NCBI GenBank assembly: GCA_963755125.1
Contig: CAVWIP010000001.1
Coordinates: 1-64,000 of the forward strand
DNA length: 64,000 bases
From: an uncultured delta proteobacterium
Lineage (GTDB): Bacteria; Myxococcota_A; Polyangia; Fen-1088
Reading direction: 5' to 3'
The position numbers were made by a program, and so were the translations under genes. The first letter of the stretch is position 1. Every line of letters begins with the position of its first letter. Under the pieces are notes generated by a model, which was not told where the DNA came from, ran no database searches, and saw only the letters and a program-made list of their open reading frames with translations. This document shows positions 56,757 through 64,000 of the stretch, piece after piece.

Positions 56757-57740
56757 ATCGCCGCCAGCGAGCAGTAATCGGCAGCACCGCGGGGCTGTTG
56801 CTGCTTGGCTGTGCCGGTCAGGATCTGGCGGTACGGGCGAGCGGCGTTCGCAGTAGTTTGCACAGGGCGCGCGAGAACGGGGCCTACCAGTGCGCTCCCC
56901 GTTCCCTGGCGCTTTCCGAGGCCAACGTGGAATTCGCCGAGCGCGAGCTTGACCGAGGCGACTACTTTCGAGCGCTGGATCACATCGAGACTGCAGAGGC
57001 CAACGCCCGCGAGGCCCTGCGCTTGTCGCCGGCGGGCGGTTGCGGAAAACCAGTGGTGGTGACTCCTGCCCCGCCGAGCACCTTGGACACGGATGGTGAC
57101 GGCATCCCCGACGCGCTCGAACAAGTGTCCCAACGAACCTGAGGACAAGGACGGATTTGAGGACGAGGACGGTTGCCCCGACCTCGATAACGACCAGGAC
57201 GGTATCCCCGATGCGCTCGACAAGTGCCCCAACGAACCCGAGGACAAGGACGGATTTGAGGACGAGGATGGCTGCCCTGACCCCGACAACGACCAGGACG
57301 GTATTCCCGACGTAATTGACAAGTGCCCCAACGAGCCAGGGCCACCCGAGGAAAACGGCTGTCCCAAGAAACACACGCTGGTTTCGGTCACCCAGGAGAA
57401 GATCGAGCTTCACCAGGCGGTCTTCTTTGCCACGGGCAGGGCGACCATCATGCCGCAGAGCTTTCCCCTGCTGGATGAGGTCGCAGACGTGCTCAGGACG
57501 CGGTCCACCATGCAGGTCAGGGTGGAAGGACACACGGACAGCCGCGGCAGCCGAGCGAGCAACATGCGTCTCTCGCAGGCGCGGGCCGATTCCGTCAAGG
57601 CCTACCTCGTCGGCCATAACGTCAACGCCAGTCGGATGGTATCGGTAGGGTTCGGACCCGATCAGCCGATCGAAACCAACAAGACGGCGGCCGGACGTGA
57701 GCGAAACCGGCGGGTCGAATTCATGATAACCCAGCAGTAG
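56753..57740 (+). pseudogene. DUF4398 / TSP3 repeat / OmpA lipoprotein split by a +1 frameshift at about 57120
   Basis: Lipobox LLGC; CAPRSLALSEA; first repeat reads GCGCTCGAACAAGTG versus GCGCTCGACAAGTG in the next; OmpA domain VEGHTD...LSQARA...NRRVEF in the shifted frame. Confidence 0.8.
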
Positions 57741-57757
57741 TGGAGGAGAACCCCAAG

Positions 57758-59512
57758 ATGGGAAACACGACTACACCACGGCGGGCGGTCGCATCGCGCG
57801 CGGTCCGATGGACCGCGCTGGCCCTACGGGTCGGGCTGATCGGCGCCATCCTGGCAGCGTCGGTCACACCGGCGTTGGGACAAGACGATGAGAAGGCAGT
57901 GAAGAAGATCGTCGATTTGAACAAGAAGGCATTGGCGGCGATCGACGCTAAGAAGTTCGATGTGGCCCGCGATGGACTCCTGCAGGCGGAGTCGGTAGCC
58001 AAGCAGGCGAACCTGCTCACGCACAAGATGCTGGCTCGGACCTATGTGCATCTGGGTGCGGTCTATTTCTTGGGTTACAACGATCGCAAGAATGCAGTGC
58101 GGTGTTTTGGCCTGGCCAAGAATATTCGTCCCGACATCCCGATGACGCCGTCACTGGCAACCCCGACCTTGACTGCTCTGTTTGACAAGGCCACGGCCGG
58201 TGCAGGCGAGAGCGATCCGTGGGGAGAGGCCGCTGCGTCCGGCCCTCATCCGCTTCCATCGGTATCTCCCCCTTCTGGGCCCGTCAAGCCGTCGCCGACT
58301 CCCCCGCCGCCGACTCCTCCGCCACCACCCGCGTCTCCGCCGGTCGCGCTCGGCGAGCCGGACCTGCCCGCGGTCTTGCCCTCCGGCCTCTACTGCCCCG
58401 CGGTGGAAGAGGCGCCGGAAGGTCACGAGATCATCATCCGTTGTGCGGCCAAACCCGCGCTGAAGGTCGAGAGCATCTTGCTCTACTATCGAGCTTCGGG
58501 CGCTCCCACGTACGCCGTGGCGGCCATGCAGAACTCGCCCAAGGGCTGGCTGGAGGCCAGCATCCCAGCCGAGGCCGCAACCGGCGAAAGCATGCAGTAC
58601 TACTGCGAGGCCAGAAACAGCGCCGACGACGTGGTGGCCACCAGCGGGCAGCAGGATATCCCCAACCCCATCATCCTGACGCCTGCGGCGCCGGATTCCA
58701 GTTCGACGAACCCGCGCGTGGCGACCGGCGGTAAGGGCGACGGAGAAGATCCTCTGAAGGGGATCAAGCGCGAACAGGACACCGAGGTTTTGGAAAGAGG
58801 CATCCATCGTCGCCGTCAAGGCGCTTTCTGGCTGGGCGGAGGGTGGGGAACCGGAGTGGGCTATCACCTGGCCTCCCTGTTGGAATGGCGGCGCGATGCC
58901 CCTCCCGTCAGCGCGGGCTGGCACCAGGCAGGCTGGTACAACTCCTATTGGGAGGTCGGGTATCTCATAACCGATCACATTGGGACCGCGGTCCAGGCCC
59001 GCTGGGAGTACATTCCGATACAGGGATCCGGCGACGCCAACCCAGGCCGGCCGGCCAACGGGGCGATCTCGGTGATTGGGAGGGGTCTGTACTACCTGGA
59101 CTTGGGCACAGGCAATGCGCAGATCCAGTTCTCGGCTGATTTCGGCGGGGGCGATGGATATCGCTTCGCCTTCCCGCCGACCAATCCCAACCACACCAGG
59201 ATTCTCGGGACCACCGCCGATGGAAATTGCATCAAAGACGGATCCGGAAACTGCATACTGGCTCCCACGCTGCTCACGGACACGGTTCGCAGCGGGCCGA
59301 TCGTCTACGGCGCCAGCGCTGGTTTCATCTATCACTTCACCCGCCACATCGCCGCCAACTTCGAGTTGCGTTTTTTGGGGGCCGGGCCGCACCTCGGGCT
59401 TCTGCTAGAGGGCTACGCCTCGCTGCAACTCGCTTTTGGCGGCAAGATGCCGGTTCAAGCGGGAGACGCCCCGCCCATGGAGCGGCTCCCGGAGGAAGAC
59501 GAGGAGCCGTAG
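57758..59512 (+). CDS. exported multidomain protein: TPR-like N-terminus, poly-Pro linker, beta-sandwich, beta-barrel-like C-terminus
   Basis: GGAGGAG RBS, signal peptide, LARTYVHLGAVY helix repeat, PPPP tract, aromatic/Gly alternating strands. Confidence 0.7.
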   Translation: MGNTTTPRRAVASRAVRWTALALRVGLIGAILAASVTPALGQDDEKAVKKIVDLNKKALAAIDAKKFDVARDGLLQAESVAKQANLLTHKMLARTYVHLGAVYFLGYNDRKNAVRCFGLAKNIRPDIPMTPSLATPTLTALFDKATAGAGESDPWGEAAASGPHPLPSVSPPSGPVKPSPTPPPPTPPPPPASPPVALGEPDLPAVLPSGLYCPAVEEAPEGHEIIIRCAAKPALKVESILLYYRASGAPTYAVAAMQNSPKGWLEASIPAEAATGESMQYYCEARNSADDVVATSGQQDIPNPIILTPAAPDSSSTNPRVATGGKGDGEDPLKGIKREQDTEVLERGIHRRRQGAFWLGGGWGTGVGYHLASLLEWRRDAPPVSAGWHQAGWYNSYWEVGYLITDHIGTAVQARWEYIPIQGSGDANPGRPANGAISVIGRGLYYLDLGTGNAQIQFSADFGGGDGYRFAFPPTNPNHTRILGTTADGNCIKDGSGNCILAPTLLTDTVRSGPIVYGASAGFIYHFTRHIAANFELRFLGAGPHLGLLLEGYASLQLAFGGKMPVQAGDAPPMERLPEEDEEP

Positions 59513-59531
59513 TCCGCCAGGCCTTGCAGCG

Positions 59532-61916
59532 CTAGATGGTTTCGCCACCCTCGACCGGCCCAGGCTGGGTGGGCGCGCCGTTGCGCAGGTAGCGCGATGC
59601 CATCTCATATTCGAAGAACGAGGCCATCTTGGTGTCGATGACCTTGGACCACAGGGCGTGGGCATCGTTACTCTTGCCCTCGGCGAGCCGACGCATGGCC
59701 TCGTAGAAGAAGATCTCGGCGCGTTTGCCTGGCGTGTCCGCCATGGCCAGCAAGCGGTCATAGCTGATGCGACCGAGCGAGTAGCTCACCAACTGCCGGT
59801 ACCAGGCCGAGGCTCGCGGCGGGCGCAGCTCGATCTGGCGCGCATCCAGGGAGCGCAGGTAGGCCAAGGCGGCGGCGTCGGGCGAATCGCTGCGGCGCCG
59901 GGTGATGTCCAGGATCCAAAGCGAGGCGTAGACCTTGACGTATTCCGAAACCACCCGGCTCGACTTGGAGATCGCGCGCCGGTATATGTCGAGCGCAGGC
60001 TCGGCGTCGCCCCGCTCCACCAGGAAGGCGATGGCGTCGATGTAGCTTTGGTCGCGGCCTTCGTCCTGCTCGATGGCTTCGTCAAATTTGCGCAGACCAT
60101 CATCGCGCCGGCCCAGCAGGTAGTAGAGGCGGCCCACCTCGAAGGTGGACCCTGCTGACGAGCCAAGGTTCTTGCGGCGCAACTGCTCGATCATCAACCG
60201 CTCCCAGCCGCGCACAGCAAAACGCCAGGCCTTGCGCGCGTCGTCCATGTTGCCGACCATTTCGTAGGCCACGCCCAGGGTGTAGGCCAAACGTGACTGC
60301 CCTTCGACGAACGAGACGGTTTCCTCGGGGGGCGCCTCGCGCTGTCGCAGGTCGAGGGCTTTTTGCAGCAAGGTCGCCGCTTGCTCCGGACGTCCTCGCT
60401 TCACCGCCAGGTTGGAAATCTGCAAAGTGACCTCATAGTCGCCAGAACTTTGCGCTCGCAGAAGCAGGGGCTCGGCCTCATCGAGCCTCCCGGCGTCCAC
60501 CAGACCGCGTGCCACTGCGAGGTCCACATCGGCCTCTGACAGCTTGAAATGCTTGCTGCCGAATCGCTGCTGGCTTTGCGCCAGTTGGCTGCGCAGGTGT
60601 TCGGCCTCGGGCAAGACCGGCTGCATGCGGTCGGGGTCGATGCGCGACTTGAGGCGCAAGAAGGCCAGTTCCATCCGCTCGGCCACCAGATCGGCGAGCT
60701 TGTCCGCGCCGGCCTTCTGGCGCTCCAGCGCGGCAAGCGCCTCGTCGAGGTAGCGCAAGGCCAAGAAGGGTGCCGGGACAAAGCGCGCCACGCGTGAGGC
60801 AAGGACCAACATTTCGACGTCGCCGGGGGCGAGCAGGAGTCCACGGCGCAGGATCTCGGCCGCGGCGGCGGGATCGATCCGGTCGGTGGAGGTCCCGAGC
60901 AGCAACTCACCGCGGGGCAGAAAGCGACGGGCCAGCGCCAGGTAGTCGGCAGGCCCGGCTGCGGAGCGATTGGCCGCTGCGAGGAGTTGTCGGAACTCGG
61001 GATCGTCGCCCGGTTTGTCGGCAAAGCGCGCGGCGGCTTCGTTCGCGCGGCTCATCTGGCCACAACGAAGGTAAAGAGCGGCGGTGTTGATCGCCATGGC
61101 CGAGAGGGACTCGGTATCGAGCAACAGCTCGCTCAGCATGCCTCGTCCGCCGACTCCCGCACCGGGCGACCGGCGCAACATGCTGGTGAGCCGCTGCTGG
61201 CGCTCAGAGGCGAGTCGGGCCACGCGTTCGACCACGGTTGGGCTAGGCCAGTTTGCGGCGACACCGTCCAGGATGTCGGCTGTGGTCGGCTGGGTGCGAG
61301 GGCCCGGCGTGCCAACGGAAAGCTGCGTCTCGGTGTCCAGCCAGGTGAAGACTTGATCGACCCGCGTCGCCCATTCCGGGTTTTGCGGATCGAGTGCCTC
61401 GAGCACGAACAGGCCGGTCGCCACGGGCAGTTCATTGCCGCGCGGCGAGTAGGCGCCAACGATCAGACGGGCCGCCCAGCTCAGCAATCTCCGCTCGCGA
61501 TCGGACACAGCCAGGCCTTCGGGCCGCCAGAGGAGAGGCGCCGGGAAGAGGTCCATGGCGTCGCGGAGGGAGTCCTGGAGTCTTTCGAAATCATCGTCGC
61601 TGCCGAGGATACTGGGATCACGCCGCAAGTGCTGCGCGTCGAGAGCCGCCAGCGGGCCAAGCAGGTACTCGACCATCTTGATGCGAAGACGCGCCTGTTC
61701 GTCGGAGCCCTGGGCGAGCGCCTGATAGATGAACTTTGCTTCAAGGAAATCCTCTTCGTTTGCGATCGGGGCCAGGGAAGCGGCTTCGTTGGCCATACGC
61801 TCTGCCGCTTCGCTCGGCCTGCCGGCCCCGGCCGCGCCCCGAGAGGCGCAACCGGACGTCACCGCCGCAAGACCCAAAACGGCACATGCGGGCTTGGGCC
61901 ACCAGACTTTGTTCAT
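59532..61916 (-). CDS. large TPR-like helical-repeat lipoprotein
   Basis: Lipobox-like TSGC, all-alpha repeats, C-terminal AEIFFYEA...FFEYEMA. Confidence 0.75.
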   Translation of the reverse strand: MNKVWWPKPACAVLGLAAVTSGCASRGAAGAGRPSEAAERMANEAASLAPIANEEDFLEAKFIYQALAQGSDEQARLRIKMVEYLLGPLAALDAQHLRRDPSILGSDDDFERLQDSLRDAMDLFPAPLLWRPEGLAVSDRERRLLSWAARLIVGAYSPRGNELPVATGLFVLEALDPQNPEWATRVDQVFTWLDTETQLSVGTPGPRTQPTTADILDGVAANWPSPTVVERVARLASERQQRLTSMLRRSPGAGVGGRGMLSELLLDTESLSAMAINTAALYLRCGQMSRANEAAARFADKPGDDPEFRQLLAAANRSAAGPADYLALARRFLPRGELLLGTSTDRIDPAAAAEILRRGLLLAPGDVEMLVLASRVARFVPAPFLALRYLDEALAALERQKAGADKLADLVAERMELAFLRLKSRIDPDRMQPVLPEAEHLRSQLAQSQQRFGSKHFKLSEADVDLAVARGLVDAGRLDEAEPLLLRAQSSGDYEVTLQISNLAVKRGRPEQAATLLQKALDLRQREAPPEETVSFVEGQSRLAYTLGVAYEMVGNMDDARKAWRFAVRGWERLMIEQLRRKNLGSSAGSTFEVGRLYYLLGRRDDGLRKFDEAIEQDEGRDQSYIDAIAFLVERGDAEPALDIYRRAISKSSRVVSEYVKVYASLWILDITRRRSDSPDAAALAYLRSLDARQIELRPPRASAWYRQLVSYSLGRISYDRLLAMADTPGKRAEIFFYEAMRRLAEGKSNDAHALWSKVIDTKMASFFEYEMASRYLRNGAPTQPGPVEGGETI

Positions 61917-62019
61917 GCCGGCAGTTTAGCCCGCGACTGGGGCACTCGGCCACAAACGCTAGATCCTACTGCGCAGGCCGCTTGACCCGAAGATCGGCGG
62001 GTGTCTAACATCCCTCGCC

Positions 62020-63393
62020 ATGCGACATCTGCTAGGCGCGTGGGAAGCTCGCCGGCTTTGCCGGCGGCGAACCATCGCGGGAAGGAATGGAAACCCTCTC
62101 AGGGTTTCCATTTTGGTGATAGGGCTCGCGCTCTTGGCGGCCTGCGAGAGCGTCAGCTCGGAGAAGATCGAGCAGTGGAAGGGCACGCAGAAGGGGCCGC
62201 CAAAGATCGCGGAAGCCCTGAGCAACTCGGGCGTGGCGCCGGGGCTGCGCGCCGAGGCAGCGGCCGCCCTCGTCGACCTGGGCATGCCTGAGAAGGTCGA
62301 CGAGGTGATGGCGGCTTTGCCGGCGAACGAGCGCTGGGAGATCCTCAAGTCGCTTGTCCCCATCCACGTCAAGGCCATGGAGAGCGCGTCCGTGCCCAAG
62401 GCACGCGATGCCCGCGACGGGTTGTTCAGCGTGCGTCCGTACGCCCAGCCCGAGCAGCAGAAGCAGATCGACGCAGCGATCCTCACGTCAGTGGAGAAGG
62501 ATCTGAAAGATGGGCGGTTTGCGGGAGGGCGGCACTCGCTCGACAAGATGTTGGTGGCCATCGGTACACCGTCGGGACCGATGCTGGTCAAGCTGCTGGC
62601 GGACCCCAAGGCGCCCTACAAGGGACTTGCCGAACTTCTGCTGAAAGTGGGCGACGAGTCGGCGCGCGACAAGGGTGGTGAGGCCTTGGTGCGGCGGGCG
62701 GCGACAGAAAAGGAGATTCCCAACGACCTGTGGATAGCCATGGGTACCCTGGGAGGGCAAAGCGTGACGGAGTTTCTGACCCAGAAATTTCTCAAGAGCG
62801 CACCGGCGGAAGCGGCTTTGGCTGCCAAGGCCCTGCAACAGTCGCGCTACCCCAGCGTGCTCCCGGTGGCGCTCAAGATTGCGGCCGACCCGAAGGCCGA
62901 CAACTTGGTGCGAGATGAGGCATTCGGCGTGGTAGAGAAAATCGGTGGTCCGGCGGCGCAGAAAGGCCTTGTGGAAATCATAGCCAATGACAAGAAGGAC
63001 ATGGTGCGCTATCGGGCGTATGAGGCCGCTTTGGAGGCAGGCAAGGTTGAGGCGGTGCTCCCTGCGCTGCAGGCGTTCTCCGACAAGCTCAGTTTCAACA
63101 AGGAAGACGTGATGGACTTCTTGGTCAAGGACATCACCAAGCTCGGCGTCGTGGCCAAGCCCGCGGTGCTGAGCGCCCTGTTGTCGCCGTCGGCCTTGGC
63201 GCGCATCACCGCGGTCTGGGCGCTGGAGGCGCCGCTGGCCAACCCCAGGCAGTCGCTGGGCGCGGCGAACGATACAGCCGCGCTGCTCAAGCTTGCGGAC
63301 GACAAGGCCAGTCCCAAGGGGTTTCCGGCCGGCATGACGGTAGGGGGAGAGGCCAAGCGCGTGGCGGCGGTGTTGCAGAAAAGGGGTAGCTAG
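62020..63393 (+). CDS. HEAT-like repeat lipoprotein
   Basis: Lipobox LAAC; LRAEAAAAL, VRDEAFGVV, VRYRAYEAAL, ARITAVWAL repeats. Confidence 0.75.
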   Translation: MRHLLGAWEARRLCRRRTIAGRNGNPLRVSILVIGLALLAACESVSSEKIEQWKGTQKGPPKIAEALSNSGVAPGLRAEAAAALVDLGMPEKVDEVMAALPANERWEILKSLVPIHVKAMESASVPKARDARDGLFSVRPYAQPEQQKQIDAAILTSVEKDLKDGRFAGGRHSLDKMLVAIGTPSGPMLVKLLADPKAPYKGLAELLLKVGDESARDKGGEALVRRAATEKEIPNDLWIAMGTLGGQSVTEFLTQKFLKSAPAEAALAAKALQQSRYPSVLPVALKIAADPKADNLVRDEAFGVVEKIGGPAAQKGLVEIIANDKKDMVRYRAYEAALEAGKVEAVLPALQAFSDKLSFNKEDVMDFLVKDITKLGVVAKPAVLSALLSPSALARITAVWALEAPLANPRQSLGAANDTAALLKLADDKASPKGFPAGMTVGGEAKRVAAVLQKRGS

Positions 63394-63418
63394 CAGCGAG
63401 ACGAGGTAGAAAGCAATC

Positions 63419-64000
63419 ATGGCGAATGATCCCACCAGGAAGACTTTGCGGCACTTCTACTGCCGCGACGTGCTCTGGCAGAGCTTCGAGCGAATGTCCG
63501 AGACGCTGGACCGGGGCGTCGACGAACTGGTGAACGAGGCGATGCGGGTGCTTGCCCAGCAGCAGGGTTTCCTCCCGTCGGACTTCGTCATGTCTCCGGG
63601 CAGCGGACTGTCTTCGCAGCCCGAGCGAGGGCTGCCCCGTCCCGATGCGCGCACGGGGAGCGGGTTGTCGCGGCCCGATGCACAGTCCGGCAGCGGGCTG
63701 TCGCGGACCGGTCGTCGGGTCGTGCCCCCGCCGTTGCCGACGGCGCGCGCCGAGCAGTCAGGGAATCGTCCACCGCCTCCGCCCTCGGCAGCTAGCTACT
63801 CGGCCCCGGCGCAGGCTGAAGCCGGAGCCTCGCCGCCTTTGTATCTGGTCTTCGGAAACCAAAGATACGTCATCAACAAGGACCAGTTCATCATCGGCCG
63901 CGGCACCAAGTCGTCTGATCTGCCCATTCGCGACGGCAACATATCGCGCAAGCATGCAGCGGTGATCCGACGCAACGGTGAGTACTTCATCAAGGATCTG
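63419..64000 (+). CDS. FHA-domain protein with RHH-like N-terminus (runs off the window end)
   Basis: GAGG RBS; MANDPTRKTLRHFYCRDVLWQSFERM...; FIIGRG...ISRKHA...YFIKDL FHA motif. Confidence 0.85.
   Translation, partial: MANDPTRKTLRHFYCRDVLWQSFERMSETLDRGVDELVNEAMRVLAQQQGFLPSDFVMSPGSGLSSQPERGLPRPDARTGSGLSRPDAQSGSGLSRTGRRVVPPPLPTARAEQSGNRPPPPPSAASYSAPAQAEAGASPPLYLVFGNQRYVINKDQFIIGRGTKSSDLPIRDGNISRKHAAVIRRNGEYFIKDL

Overview
High-GC chromosomal segment from a myxobacterium-like organism (inferred Myxococcota, from the romR-valS pair, Ser/Thr kinase, FHA protein, sigma54 activators and TSP3-OmpA proteins). It is mostly core genome: ino1, rpsB-tsf-pyrH-frr, dnaG-rpoD, rlmI, an ECF sigma/anti-sigma pair, radC/recQ, acnA with an M16 peptidase pair, uvrA, rnpB, tRNA-Ile2(CAU), uppP-birA-nadC, rsmD-coaD-aminotransferase, zwf-pgl and romR-valS. 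Several uncharacterised envelope proteins (beta-barrels, TPR/HEAT lipoproteins) are interspersed. Two apparently identical copies of a 1328-bp IS4-family element are present (1..1326, missing 2 bases at the window edge; 43567..44894 with a 9-bp target duplication). No CRISPR array, prophage or clear defence island is visible, and I did not find an unambiguous new multi-gene system. The best leads are: a recurring -10 hexamer 6-9 nt upstream of start codons (probable leaderless genes); an IS carrying a perfect DnaA box and end-clustered GATC sites; a sigma54 activator with GAHSTA in place of GAFTGA; an orphan SMI1/KNR4-TPR fusion; a structured intergenic element next to rnpB; a DUF4398/TSP3-OmpA/TPR/HEAT/FHA envelope cluster; and two single-base gene lesions. 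All family calls are from motif recognition by eye, not database searches.
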